Positions 53,273 through 63,992 are shown, numbered from the stretch's first letter. The stretch: 64,000 nt of DNA from an uncultured Candidatus Peribacteria bacterium (GCA_964352145.1 CAYGQA010000001.1:152617-216616), one strand, 5' to 3'. Numbers and translations are program-made. Notes: generated by a model from the sequence alone, not told the origin.

Positions 53273-53767
53273 ATGAGCCTTACGAAAAATGATCTCCAGC
53301 AGATCAAAAATGTCGTCACTGAAGTGATCGATGAAAAAGTCCCGAAGATGATAGATGAAGGTATAGAAAGGAAAGTGCCAAAAATGATAGAAGATGCTAT
53401 CGATAAGAAGGTACCTAAAATGATAGAAGACGCTATCGACAAGAAAGTGCCTGCAATGATCCAAGAAGGAGCTTCTGAAGTTTTTGTACAAGGCTTCGAG
53501 AATTATGTCATCCCATATGTAGACTCAAAATTTAATGAACTAAAAGGAGAAATGGATCACAGATTTGAAAAAATGGATATTAGGTTTGAAAAAGTAGATG
53601 AGACATTCAAAAAACTCAACAACAATATGGATAAGCATGTCTTAAGTCTTCACGAAAGAATCGATGACTCAATAACACTTAATGATCGTTATTATTACGA
53701 CTGTGCCACAAAGAACGAGCATAAAGCTCTTATCACAGGAGTGAATCGACTTGAATCTGCTCTTTAA
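53273..53767 (+). CDS. hypothetical helical protein with 12-aa tandem repeats (paralog of 10404..10709)
   Basis: KVPKMIDEGIER / KVPKMIEDAIDK / KVPKMIEDAIDK / KVPAMIQEG. The N-terminus and DHRFEK motif are shared with the 10404 ORF. Confidence 0.55.
   Translation: MSLTKNDLQQIKNVVTEVIDEKVPKMIDEGIERKVPKMIEDAIDKKVPKMIEDAIDKKVPAMIQEGASEVFVQGFENYVIPYVDSKFNELKGEMDHRFEKMDIRFEKVDETFKKLNNNMDKHVLSLHERIDDSITLNDRYYYDCATKNEHKALITGVNRLESAL
53336..53470. repeat. 36-bp in-frame tandem repeat (about 3.75 units)
   Basis: Units at 53336-53371, 53372-53407 and 53408-53443, with a partial unit at 53444-53470. Confidence 0.85.
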
Positions 53768-54501
53768 TTGCTCTGCTGCCACATCACCTCGAAGAGACTT
53801 GATAAGATATCGTAAGCAGCTTGAGAATCCAGGATGAAACCAAACATCTCTTGTTTTTTGAATGAGCTTATAGAAACCTTACTAGCTCCGAAAAGCAGTA
53901 ACTCTATATATAACTCTTTTTGCGAAAGAGAATCTAAAAGTCGATGTTCTGTATAAATCCCGGGATCATCTTTTTTGATCTTTTGATTCTTTTTTGTGTT
54001 GGGGCATATAAGCCTAGCGAAGTTCTTTCGATCTTTTCTCATCGGGATGATTTCTTTTCTGATGTACTCAAAAAGCGCCGCTGGCATATGACTATAATCA
54101 GTAAAACCCATCGTTTCACCTTTTTCATGACCCAACTCTAAGAGGATCTCTTTCATTCCTTCTAAACCGTCGAAGAAACGTATACGAGGTTTTAGAGGGC
54201 TTTCAAAAGCCATATCTATCAACTGAGGAAGCATATTTTCAGCGAGCGCTGCTGATTGTTTAAAACGATTCACTAAAATCTGAGGATTAAGTGCAGAAGC
54301 ATACTTCACTCCTTTTTTCTTTATCGTTTTAACAACAGCTTTTTTTTCTAAAACTTCTATGACGGGGTAAACAGTACTTCTTTTGATCCCAGTTTTTGCT
54401 GCGACTTGAGAGTAGGGGAGCTCTCCCATGCTTAAAATGGCTAAATAAATCTTCGCTTCTTTTTCTGAGAAACCGTTTTTTATCAGGATGTCTTGTATCA
54501 T
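53764..54501 (-). CDS. TrmB-family transcriptional regulator
   Basis: N-terminal wHTH GFSEKEAKIYLAILSMGELPYSQVAAKTGIKRSTVYPVIEVLEKKAVV. Confidence 0.7.
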   Translation of the reverse strand: MIQDILIKNGFSEKEAKIYLAILSMGELPYSQVAAKTGIKRSTVYPVIEVLEKKAVVKTIKKKGVKYASALNPQILVNRFKQSAALAENMLPQLIDMAFESPLKPRIRFFDGLEGMKEILLELGHEKGETMGFTDYSHMPAALFEYIRKEIIPMRKDRKNFARLICPNTKKNQKIKKDDPGIYTEHRLLDSLSQKELYIELLLFGASKVSISSFKKQEMFGFILDSQAAYDILSSLFEVMWQQSN

Positions 54502-54510
54502 ACTTTTATT

Positions 54511-55743
54511 CTATATTTCCTCCTCTATCCTTAACAACTGATTATACTTCGCAATCCTATCTGTCCGACTCAAGCTTCCCGTCTTGATTTGTCCTGAATT
54601 CAAGCCTACAGCAAGATCGGCGATACTGGTGTCTTCTGACTCCCCAGAACGATGTGATACGATTACATTCATACCATTATTTTGTGCCATTTGGATAGCG
54701 TCTATGGTTTCTGAAAGGGTACCGATTTGATTAAATTTGATGAGGATAGCATTACAGGCCTTCTTATCGATCGCTTCTTTGAGTTTTTTAACATTTGTAA
54801 CCAATAGATCATCTCCTACGATTTGTACTTTATCACCGAGTTTCTCAGTAATCTTGATCCAGCCTTCCCAGTCATCTTCATGGAGAGGATCTTCGATAGA
54901 AACAATGGGGAACTTCTCACACAAGTAAGCGTAATACTCTATTAGTTTTTCAGATTCCGTTTCTTCTCCTTCGATGATATAGACTCCTTTTTCCGGATGA
55001 TAAAATTCAGAAGCTGCTGCATCGAGAGCGAATTCCATTTGATCCATATGTCCTGCAGCTTCGCTTGCTTCTACCATCACAGCTAGAGCTTCCTCATGAG
55101 TATGTAAGTTTGGCGCGAAACCTCCCTCATCTCCGACGGAAGTCGCCATATTTTTTGTTTGGAGGATCTTCCTCATATGATGGAAAACTTCAGCTCCGAT
55201 ACGGAGATTTTCTGAGAAAGTGTCAGCCTTTGGAAAAAGCATAAACTCTTGGATGTCCAAAGTATTGTCAGCATGCTCTCCTCCATTGATGACATTCATC
55301 ATCGGTCGAGGAAGACTCATTTTTTTAGTTTCTGATATTTCTGCAAGGTACTGATAAAACTTTTGCCCTTTTTCCATAGCACTGAGTCGAGCATAGGCGA
55401 GTGAGACCCCTAAGATAGCATTCGCACCTAAGCGTCCTTTATTTTCAGTCCCATCTACATCATTCAAATGTTGGTCAAGATCTCGTTGCAGTCCTAGCTC
55501 CATCCCCATGATTGAGTCTTTTATCTCTGTATTTACATTCTGAACTGCCTTTAAGACACCCTTTCCTCTATATACTGACTCATCTCCATCTCGAAGCTCA
55601 ACAGCCTCATAAGCTCCTGTAGATGCTCCGCTAGGGACGATAGCCCAGGCCTTATGATTCTCAGAAAAAATCTCTACTTCAACAGTAGGATTACCTCGGC
55701 TATCGAGGACTTGGCGGGCTTTGAGATCGGTGATTGTTGGCAT
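54511..55743 (-). CDS. eno: enolase
   Basis: [33 protein letters not shown] and [22 protein letters not shown]. Confidence 0.95.
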   Translation of the reverse strand: MPTITDLKARQVLDSRGNPTVEVEIFSENHKAWAIVPSGASTGAYEAVELRDGDESVYRGKGVLKAVQNVNTEIKDSIMGMELGLQRDLDQHLNDVDGTENKGRLGANAILGVSLAYARLSAMEKGQKFYQYLAEISETKKMSLPRPMMNVINGGEHADNTLDIQEFMLFPKADTFSENLRIGAEVFHHMRKILQTKNMATSVGDEGGFAPNLHTHEEALAVMVEASEAAGHMDQMEFALDAAASEFYHPEKGVYIIEGEETESEKLIEYYAYLCEKFPIVSIEDPLHEDDWEGWIKITEKLGDKVQIVGDDLLVTNVKKLKEAIDKKACNAILIKFNQIGTLSETIDAIQMAQNNGMNVIVSHRSGESEDTSIADLAVGLNSGQIKTGSLSRTDRIAKYNQLLRIEEEI

Positions 55744-55898
55744 GGATTATTAGGAATTAGGAGGTAGGGGATTAGCTCGTAGCTTGTAGAGAGAGCAGTA
55801 AATAGTAGATAGTAACTAGTGGGAACAGTGTTTGAGTTTTGAAATTTTGGTGTTTGTGATTTGAATGAAAATTAGAAATTGAAAATTGAAAATTCTTG

Positions 55899-56183
55899 CT
55901 ATGGAGCCAGCTCTACTTCCCGCTCACACTTAGCAATAAGCGTTGCCTTACTCATCTCAGTACAGATACTCTCGTCTTTTTTTTCTACCGCTAACCTCAT
56001 GTAGCAATTATTCGCAGCATTTTGACTGAGTTTCTCACAATCATCCGTCTCTGTGATCTCTTCTGCTACTGGAGGGACTTGATTGAGTACTTGTGTCTGG
56101 AGTTGCTGACCATTGATCAAATATGCAGAGCTTCCTACTACGATAAGGACCATACCGACAATGAGATACGAAGGGTGTTTCAT
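55899..56183 (-). CDS. hypothetical small membrane-anchored Cys-containing protein
   Basis: 94 aa. N-terminal TM helix YLIVGMVLIVVGSSAYLI, with four Cys residues in the C-terminal half. Confidence 0.45.
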   Translation of the reverse strand: MKHPSYLIVGMVLIVVGSSAYLINGQQLQTQVLNQVPPVAEEITETDDCEKLSQNAANNCYMRLAVEKKDESICTEMSKATLIAKCEREVELAP

Positions 56184-56192
56184 AAGAAGGTA

Positions 56193-58802
56193 TTATGCTT
56201 TCTTAAGCGCTGCTTGAGCTGCTGCAAGACGAGCGATCGGGACTCGAAAAGGTGAGCAAGAGACATAGTCAAAACCAAGTGATATACAGAACTCTACTGA
56301 GCTTGGCTCACCTCCATGCTCTCCACAGATACCTAGCTTGATATCTGGACGTACTGAGCGTCCTTTTTCGACTGCCATTTGCATGAGCGCTCCGATACCA
56401 GACTGGTCGATGACCGCAAATGGATCGTTTTTGAGGATGCCTTTTTCTTGATATAACCCGATGAACTTCCCAGCATCATCTCGAGAGAAGCCGAAGGCCA
56501 TTTGTGTCAGATCGTTGGTACCAAAAGAGAAAAACTCTGCTTTTTTAGCGATACTATCAGCGACCAGGCAGGCTCTAGGGATTTCGATCATCGTCCCTAC
56601 TTTATATTCTAGTTCAATTCCTGATTCTTCGATCAATTGATCTGCAAACTTTCGTATCTTCTTTTCAAGATGGTCGAACTCTTCTGAAATGGCTACCAAA
56701 GGCACCATGATCTCAGGATAGACGTCCTTCCCTGTTTTTTTCACTTCTATAGCTGCCATGATAATGGCCTTTGCTTGCATGATTGGGATCTCTGGATAGC
56801 TGATCGCCAGTCGACATCCACGATGCCCAAGCATAGGATTGACTTCATGGAGACCTTTAATCTTTTCTTTCACATCCTCAGCAGAAAGATTGAGCTCATG
56901 AGCTACTGCAGAGATCTCTTCATCTTCTTGAGGGAGGAATTCGTGAAGTGGTGGATCAAGCAGACGGATAGTTACAGGACGTCCATCCATAATGTCAAAA
57001 ATTTGTACGAAATCATCTTTTTGATAGGGGAGCAGCTTGTCGATAGCCATGATCCTTTTTTCAATCGTATCAGAAAGAATCATTTCACGGACATGAAGTA
57101 TTCTTTGGGTGTCGAAGAACATGTGCTCTGTCCGACAAAGCCCAATCCCTTCTGCTCCAAACTTTATCGCATTTTTACAATCATTTGGTGTCTCAGCATT
57201 TGTCCTGACTTTGATAGTCCGTGCTTCATCTACCCATTTCATCAGTGTTTCGAAATGTTCTCCTAGCTGAGGTGCAACCGTCTTCACTTCTCCTTCGATC
57301 ACCTCACCAGTATTCCCTGAGAGAGTGATCACATCACCTTTTTTAAAAGTTTTCCCGTCGACAGAAAAGGTCTCTTCTTTATAATTAATCTTCACCTCTC
57401 CAGCTCCAGACACACAACATTTCCCCATACCACGAGCAACGACCGCTGCATGAGAAGTCATCCCTCCAGTCGAAGTCAGGATCCCTTCAGCTGCGTGCAT
57501 CCCAGCGATATCTTCTGGAGAAGTCTCGTGTCGCACTAAGACTACTTTTTCTTTATTTGAGTGTGCTTCAACTGCTGCTTCTGTTGTAAACACTACTTTC
57601 CCACAGGCTGCCCCAGGAGATGCTGGGAGACCTTTGGTAAGCACTGTTTTCTCTGCATTTGGATCTATATCGTCGTGAAGCATTGGCTCGAGACAATTTG
57701 GGTCTATACGAAGGATAGCTGTTTGTTGATCGATAAGTCCTTCGGAAACCATATCTACGGCGATACGTACCGCTGACTGACCTGTCCTTTTACCAGTACG
57801 AGTTTGGAGGAGGAAAAGCCGTCCTTTTTCGATCGTAAACTCGATATCTTGCATATCGTGGTAGTGCTTTTCAAGTTTTTCAAAGATATCCGTTAGCTCT
57901 TTATAGACTTCCGGCATTTGTTGATTGAGATCATCGATTTTGTTTGGTGTACGGGTCCCTGCTACTACATCTTCACCCTGAGCATTCATGAGGTACTCTC
58001 CATAATAATGGTTTTCACCAGTGGCAGGATCTCTTGTAAAAGCCACTCCTGTCCCAGAATCTTCTCCCATATTTCCAAAAACCATTGATTGGACGTTCAC
58101 TGCTGTACCCCAATCATGAGCGATCTTGTTGATATTTCGGTAAGTAATCGCACGTTTGTTGTTCCAAGAGCTGAAGACAGCGTCGATAGCACCTGTGAGT
58201 TGATCCCATGGATCCTCAGGGAAGTCCTTACCAGAATGTTCTTTTACGACAGCTTTTAAGGTAGCGACTAATCCTTTCAAATCTTCAGCTGTCAGATCTG
58301 TATCTGCAGTCACTCCTTTGGCAGCTTTGAGCTCATTAAGTTTTTCTTCGAAATGATGACCATTGAGTCCCATCACAACATTTCCATACATAGAAATAAA
58401 ACGGCGATACGCATCATAGGCGAATCGCTCGTTGTTTGTTTCTGAGATAAGTCCTTGGACAGTGAGGTCGTTTAGACCGAGATTTAACACCGTGTCCATC
58501 ATTCCTGGCATGCTCACGCGAGCACCAGACCGTACTGAGACCAAGAGAGGATTTGATTGATCACCGAATTTTTTTCCCATCTCTTGCTCTACTCCAGAGA
58601 TGTACTTTTTCACTTCTTCTTCAAAACCTTCGACGTGTTTTTCTTCTTTTAAATACTCAATGCAGTACTCTGTACTGATGGTGAATCCTTGTGGAACAGG
58701 TAAGCCTAAGCCAGTCATTTCTGACAAATTGGCCCCTTTACCACCAAGGAGATTTTTGAGTTCTTTGCTCCCTTCAGCGAAGGAGTAAATGTATTTGTCC
58801 AT
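56193..58802 (-). CDS. ppdK: pyruvate, phosphate dikinase
   Basis: ATP-grasp N-terminus, phosphohistidine loop GGMTSHAAVVARGMGK, and PEP-utilizer C-terminus GICGEHGGEP. Confidence 0.95.
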   Translation of the reverse strand: MDKYIYSFAEGSKELKNLLGGKGANLSEMTGLGLPVPQGFTISTEYCIEYLKEEKHVEGFEEEVKKYISGVEQEMGKKFGDQSNPLLVSVRSGARVSMPGMMDTVLNLGLNDLTVQGLISETNNERFAYDAYRRFISMYGNVVMGLNGHHFEEKLNELKAAKGVTADTDLTAEDLKGLVATLKAVVKEHSGKDFPEDPWDQLTGAIDAVFSSWNNKRAITYRNINKIAHDWGTAVNVQSMVFGNMGEDSGTGVAFTRDPATGENHYYGEYLMNAQGEDVVAGTRTPNKIDDLNQQMPEVYKELTDIFEKLEKHYHDMQDIEFTIEKGRLFLLQTRTGKRTGQSAVRIAVDMVSEGLIDQQTAILRIDPNCLEPMLHDDIDPNAEKTVLTKGLPASPGAACGKVVFTTEAAVEAHSNKEKVVLVRHETSPEDIAGMHAAEGILTSTGGMTSHAAVVARGMGKCCVSGAGEVKINYKEETFSVDGKTFKKGDVITLSGNTGEVIEGEVKTVAPQLGEHFETLMKWVDEARTIKVRTNAETPNDCKNAIKFGAEGIGLCRTEHMFFDTQRILHVREMILSDTIEKRIMAIDKLLPYQKDDFVQIFDIMDGRPVTIRLLDPPLHEFLPQEDEEISAVAHELNLSAEDVKEKIKGLHEVNPMLGHRGCRLAISYPEIPIMQAKAIIMAAIEVKKTGKDVYPEIMVPLVAISEEFDHLEKKIRKFADQLIEESGIELEYKVGTMIEIPRACLVADSIAKKAEFFSFGTNDLTQMAFGFSRDDAGKFIGLYQEKGILKNDPFAVIDQSGIGALMQMAVEKGRSVRPDIKLGICGEHGGEPSSVEFCISLGFDYVSCSPFRVPIARLAAAQAALKKA

Positions 58803-58907
58803 TCGATTACGAGTTATGCTTGATTATGTATGAGGATTTTTGCAGGACTACTTTAGCATTTTTGTTCGGTTTGTGAAGAAGAATAAGTGAGTTGGGTGAC
58901 AGGATAC

Positions 58908-58964
58908 GTCAAGGGTCGAGAGTCAAGGGTCGAGAGCATCACTTGACTCTCGACCCTTGACTCT
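58908..58964. repeat. 14-bp direct repeat x2 plus 18-bp perfect inverted repeat
   Basis: gtcaagggtcgaga occurs twice (58908-58935). The arm agagtcaagggtcgagag (58919-58936) pairs perfectly with ctctcgacccttgactct (58947-58964), leaving a 10-nt loop. Confidence 0.85.
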
Positions 58965-59049
58965 GGACCGTAATAAACACTTTCTAAAACTCGTAAAATC
59001 AACAAAATCCTCTATACTGGAACCCCATTATTCCCTTAGGAATCACCTC

Positions 59050-60051
59050 ATGTTCTCCTGGTCTGACTATAATAACGACAAACCTGCTATCATCCACTCT
59101 CCGATGTCTGGCTATACTGATTCGGCATGCAAGCAGATTTCAAGGATGGTTGCACCTGACTGCATTGTCGTGACGGAGTTTTTATCAACGGATGCGATTT
59201 TTTATAACTCGAAAAAGACGCTTAAGATGATGGCTATCGACGAATCTGAGCATCCTGTCATACTTCAAGTGTTTGGGAAGAATCCAGAGCGCTTCGTCCA
59301 TGCTGCGAAGATGGCGGAGGAAATGGGCTACGATGGTGTCGATATCAACATGGGTTGTCCTGCGAAAAAAATCATTGGTTCAGATCACGGATCAGCTTTA
59401 GTGAAAATTAAAAACAGGTGTACGGCTATGAAGATCGTCTCTGACATGGCAAAAGCCGTGAAAATACCAATCTCAGTGAAAACTCGTATTGGCTGGGACA
59501 ACTACGATGATTTGGTAAATTTTTGTCTAGAACTAGAAAAAAATGGCTGCGCTTCTGTCGGGATCCACGGAAGAACTACTAAACAAGCCTATACTGGTAT
59601 GGCCAACTGGGATCCAATCTACGAAGTCAAAAGACAGCTCAAAATCCCCGTCATGGGTAATGGTGACGTCATGTCTGTCAGTGCTTATCGTGAACGAATA
59701 GGGGATCTTGATGGTGTATTCGTCGCCCGTGGGACCTTCGGTGATCCATGGATTTTGGCTGATATCCTAGAATACACGAAGAACAAAGAAGAATTTGATA
59801 AACTTTCAGATGAAGAGCTAGATGCTCGTTTCCCTCGAGCAGGGGATATCCCATGGGAACGGAAAAAACCTGTCGCTATCGCTCACTGCGAAGTATCTGT
59901 GAAAACTAAAGGAGAGAAGCTGGGTATGCTTGAAATGCGAAAGCACTTAGCGGCGTATATCAAAGGAATCCCAAATGCGAAAGAGTATCGAGAAAAACTC
60001 GTCCGAGTCGAAAGCTTGGATGAGGCGGTGAAGATTATTGAGGGGATCTAG
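59050..60051 (+). CDS. tRNA-dihydrouridine synthase
   Basis: SPMSGYTD, DINMGCP and IHGRT. Start set at ATG 59050, because the track start at 58957 is a TTG inside the inverted repeat. Confidence 0.85.
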   Translation: MFSWSDYNNDKPAIIHSPMSGYTDSACKQISRMVAPDCIVVTEFLSTDAIFYNSKKTLKMMAIDESEHPVILQVFGKNPERFVHAAKMAEEMGYDGVDINMGCPAKKIIGSDHGSALVKIKNRCTAMKIVSDMAKAVKIPISVKTRIGWDNYDDLVNFCLELEKNGCASVGIHGRTTKQAYTGMANWDPIYEVKRQLKIPVMGNGDVMSVSAYRERIGDLDGVFVARGTFGDPWILADILEYTKNKEEFDKLSDEELDARFPRAGDIPWERKKPVAIAHCEVSVKTKGEKLGMLEMRKHLAAYIKGIPNAKEYREKLVRVESLDEAVKIIEGI

Positions 60052-60060
60052 TGGGAAGCC

Positions 60061-60119
60061 GGAATATTTTTTATCGTAGAGGCGTTGCAATGCAAGGCCT
60101 CTACGATAAAAAATATTCC
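60061..60119. terminator. long perfect hairpin between convergent genes (bidirectional terminator candidate)
   Basis: ggaatattttttatcgtagaggc (60061-60083) pairs with gcctctacgataaaaaatattcc (60097-60119): a 23-bp perfect stem with a 13-nt loop that is itself partly palindromic. Confidence 0.7.
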
Positions 60120-60227
60120 TACAACTGTTCCTCATTGAAAATCCATCCGTTCTTGATTTAATCTTTCTTTTAAAGATTTCAGCACCTCAAATAACCAACA
60201 CCTTCATTTATCAAGCGAATAAAGCTC

Positions 60228-63200
60228 CTACATTTTTGCTTCATCTACAACCCAGCCATTGAGTTTCTTTATTCTCTTACTATTTTCCATACTGGTATCT
60301 CCCATACCACTGCTATTAAGCGAACCAATAACCTCAGCACCCCAAGAATGCTGACTTGCTAAACTCTTCACATGATTCATAAAAGAGCCCATCACTTTCT
60401 TCCACTGACCAGCAGGGTCGAACGTTTCCTTATTATATGGAGTATATGAGCTTCGATCTGCTTTACCTGTCTCTGGATTTACTCCTAAACTCTTCACCAT
60501 GTGAAACCCTGCCATATACTTGAAATCTCTACGAAGCTCAGATGACATGCTATCGATACCATCAAGATGTTCACTACTTTGTCCCATTCTTTGATGAGGC
60601 CCTGTTGCACCCTCAAGGATAAGTTTCTCAAAATTTGTTGTACCAGAGGAAGCTCTTTCTTCTTTGTGTTTACTTTCAAAATTTGGTGAACCATCCAAAG
60701 TGTTCATATTATAATCTTTTGTTCGTCCTTTCTGTCGAGTCATAAAAGAGGCATAAGCTTGAGTCTTACAGATTGATTTGTAAGCGTTCCATACTGTTCT
60801 CTTGAAGGTCAAAGCATCTTTCATCTTCGATTTGTCTCCCATGGCTTCCATATAGGCTCCAAATTCATAATGAATCCCACGATAAGCAGCTACGATATCA
60901 TGAGGTCTTGCTTCGATATTCCCCTGAGTATTTGGTGAAAGAGCATTTTCAATCTGAGCCCATTCATAACACGGTGAGAAAATACCAATACACGAGTTAT
61001 CCATTTTTCTATGAAACTCTGGTTGAGCTTCACGATATGCCTGCAGTTGATGAACCGTGACTTCGATATCTTCTAATGATTTATCCTCCTCTGCAGCTTT
61101 TTTTTGCTTGTCTGTCACCAAAAATTTCCATTTTCCAGAAGCTCTTATACCCTTCAATGGGAGAGTACTTTGACCTTGGTAAAAGAGGACCACTGGATTG
61201 TCGTAATCTAAACTATGACCACCAGCAAGAGCTTTCTTAATATGATCACTTAAACCACAAATTTCTGCCTGTTTTGGCTCGAGGAGAGCATGTATTGGTA
61301 AATCATTTGTATGAGCTGTCTGGAGACGGCGAACATGATCAAGCTTCACAATCCCCATGGAGATCATAGCCTGCATGATGGCAAAATTTGTCCCTGAATC
61401 ATTATCTCCTTGCTCGAGATCTTGTTCAATATTTCCCACTAATTCTCCTGGATGCATTTTCTTTAGTTCTGCTATACCAGAGTCGGTTTTGAGGAGCTCC
61501 CAGTAATGCTCATAGTATCGTGCTTTTTCACGCCCACTATTACCAGAAAAATTATCCCAAGACTCTTTTCGTTTTGATTCATATTTGCTCGCTGATGCTG
61601 AACGCCAAGACTGCCAGGTACCATCTCCCCAGATATCATCCATCGCTGAACGCAAATGCTCGATCATCTTAAATCTTACCTCTTCATCGGACTCCATATC
61701 TGCTTCAGACACATTCATTGGAATGGTCATGCCTTTGGTATAGAGGTTTAATTGCTTGAAAAATCTTCTATCGAGTAAGTCTTCTAAAGTGATAACCCCT
61801 CTATTCTCCATACCTTCGAGTAGAGCTGCCTTGAGTTCAAATTGATCTGATGCTGTGTAAATTTTTTCTATGACTTGATCATGACCAAAATCCCCGAAAG
61901 CATCTTTAAACTCATTTACACGCTTATCCTCTTCTCCTTGATAAAGCTTTGTAAACTCATTCCCGACCAGAGTTCCAGCGAAGACATTCATGAGGAGCTC
62001 GTAGGATCCAATCTTCACTCGGAAATCTGCTAAACCGGTAATATGCTCGATCATCTGGTCAGTAGCCATCCAGATATGCTGGGGCGAGTACCAATCCATT
62101 TTCTTCCAAAAATCATTTAATACTTCTCCCGGTAAGTCCCTAGCAAAGCGCCCTACATTTAAACCCATCTGCGCTGCCATCTCAGCGCCTCCTACCGTAC
62201 CTCCGAGGACCATACTGTTAAACTGAGCCATACGCCCAGCCATGACGGGGTAGTCTTTGGCTATCTCTCTGAGTTTTTCTTCAGATATCTTTGTCCCACC
62301 AGGAATCCCAAGACCACGACATTCTTTATCCGATTCAATGCCCATAACATAGTCCTGAAGCCCATCAAAAGCATCTAATGAAGCCTCTTCATTTACTGTC
62401 CCGTCTTCGTTGTAAACGATGGCCTCTTGATAGTTTGCGATTGCTTCGATCTGCATATTTTCGTTGTTCGCTCCGAAACTCATCTGAAAAGCCCCTTCAT
62501 CTATCAATGAATTGGAAATATTTTGCAACTCCTCAAACTCACGTTCCCTTTTAAAGGTTCCATCTTTTCCTTCCAAACTCATGTACTTTTTATCGAAAAA
62601 GTTGCGATCCTTAGCAGAGCTGATCCGATCATCATCGATGACCCAAGCTATCTGAGTATCTTTTCGTTCTTCCTTATAAAAAGTCTTTAAAGTGGCATCA
62701 GGACTTTTTAAGGTCATCAACGGAAAGAATGAAGCATCTATAAAAAGTCTGTCTCCAATCTGCCCTCTCTCAAAGAGCTTCTCAAGTTGTACATAATTCC
62801 CTTGGAGGATGTATTCTTGAGCTACCCTTAGTAAATGCCTGGATCGATCTAAATAGGTCGCAGGATTAGGCTCACCTGGGACTCTATGTATTTGGTAGCC
62901 TCCATTGTTCATCATGGGCACCTTGTTGGTAGAGTGGAACCTGATCGCTGTCAGCGGGTGATCCATACTCATCACCTTACTGAGCATTTTGAGTTGAGTG
63001 TGACCTTTGTTCACTTCATGAAATCCTCCAAAAAGTGCCTCCATCCCTTCTCGGACATTATTTGGATTATTAAAATCTGCATCGAGCTTGAAAAATTTTG
63101 CTTTACGAAGCTCTTCTACGTGAGCATACCTTTCTTGATGCTCTCGGGCATTCATGAGACTTTCGAGCTGTTGTTTCTCTAAGATTGGCAGGTCTTGCTG

Positions 63201-63992
63201 AGCCCAGCTGACTTCTGTCACTCTCTGAGTACCCATGTAGAGTGGTTTCCCTTTATCATCATAGACTGGCTCATCAATTTTAAATTGTTGGACCTTTAAT
63301 GTTTTTTGAAGATATCTACGAGAATCGTCGAAGGCATCCTTATCATGATCTTCAGAAAACTCTCTATCAACGATCTCCTGCATTTGTTCTAGATGAGTTC
63401 TGATGTCATCGAGCACAACTGGATTCACAATGATAGGACTGTTCTCGTTATCAATCTTCTCTTCTTTTTCTTCTTTCTTCTTCCCAAGAGGGGATTGAGG
63501 ATTCTCTTTTTTCCATTTATGAAAGAAACTAAAGAGATTGAAGTAAGGGTCAATTTTTTTAAATTTTTTGATCTGATCTTCATCGACAGCTCTCTCTCCT
63601 AGGTAAGCGATCACATCTTGCTCAGCTAACTCTAGAATGCCATTGATATCTTCATCTGAGCTGGCAGCAGCGAGTCGAATAAGAATAGGCTTCATTGGTC
63701 CTTCATCTTTTTCAACTTCTTTCCCATCTAGAGCTTCATCGATATCAGTATCCTTCTCATTCTTTTTGATCCCATAGACAAATTTTAGAGCCTTCAAAGC
63801 TTGCTTGAGTTCGCTACGCTTCTGGAAACTCATCCAATCACTCTGATCTTCTACTGCCTGATCAGTGTTATAGATCTCTTCTCGGAAGTGTTGGATTTGT
63901 TTTTTAAGAGCTGACATTTCTCCGTTTATTTGATCCAAGTATCTATCAATCATTGTTTGATTGTGCATTTCCACAGGTAGCATTCTATTCAA
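60228..63992 (-). CDS. very large hypothetical protein (at least 1254 aa; N-terminus may lie beyond right window edge)
   Basis: Uninterrupted ORF. The track start is a TTG at 63990-63992 and the frame stays open to the window end. First in-frame ATG at 63981-63983. No catalytic motif recognised. Confidence 0.6.
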   Translation of the reverse strand: MNRMLPVEMHNQTMIDRYLDQINGEMSALKKQIQHFREEIYNTDQAVEDQSDWMSFQKRSELKQALKALKFVYGIKKNEKDTDIDEALDGKEVEKDEGPMKPILIRLAAASSDEDINGILELAEQDVIAYLGERAVDEDQIKKFKKIDPYFNLFSFFHKWKKENPQSPLGKKKEEKEEKIDNENSPIIVNPVVLDDIRTHLEQMQEIVDREFSEDHDKDAFDDSRRYLQKTLKVQQFKIDEPVYDDKGKPLYMGTQRVTEVSWAQQDLPILEKQQLESLMNAREHQERYAHVEELRKAKFFKLDADFNNPNNVREGMEALFGGFHEVNKGHTQLKMLSKVMSMDHPLTAIRFHSTNKVPMMNNGGYQIHRVPGEPNPATYLDRSRHLLRVAQEYILQGNYVQLEKLFERGQIGDRLFIDASFFPLMTLKSPDATLKTFYKEERKDTQIAWVIDDDRISSAKDRNFFDKKYMSLEGKDGTFKREREFEELQNISNSLIDEGAFQMSFGANNENMQIEAIANYQEAIVYNEDGTVNEEASLDAFDGLQDYVMGIESDKECRGLGIPGGTKISEEKLREIAKDYPVMAGRMAQFNSMVLGGTVGGAEMAAQMGLNVGRFARDLPGEVLNDFWKKMDWYSPQHIWMATDQMIEHITGLADFRVKIGSYELLMNVFAGTLVGNEFTKLYQGEEDKRVNEFKDAFGDFGHDQVIEKIYTASDQFELKAALLEGMENRGVITLEDLLDRRFFKQLNLYTKGMTIPMNVSEADMESDEEVRFKMIEHLRSAMDDIWGDGTWQSWRSASASKYESKRKESWDNFSGNSGREKARYYEHYWELLKTDSGIAELKKMHPGELVGNIEQDLEQGDNDSGTNFAIMQAMISMGIVKLDHVRRLQTAHTNDLPIHALLEPKQAEICGLSDHIKKALAGGHSLDYDNPVVLFYQGQSTLPLKGIRASGKWKFLVTDKQKKAAEEDKSLEDIEVTVHQLQAYREAQPEFHRKMDNSCIGIFSPCYEWAQIENALSPNTQGNIEARPHDIVAAYRGIHYEFGAYMEAMGDKSKMKDALTFKRTVWNAYKSICKTQAYASFMTRQKGRTKDYNMNTLDGSPNFESKHKEERASSGTTNFEKLILEGATGPHQRMGQSSEHLDGIDSMSSELRRDFKYMAGFHMVKSLGVNPETGKADRSSYTPYNKETFDPAGQWKKVMGSFMNHVKSLASQHSWGAEVIGSLNSSGMGDTSMENSKRIKKLNGWVVDEAKM

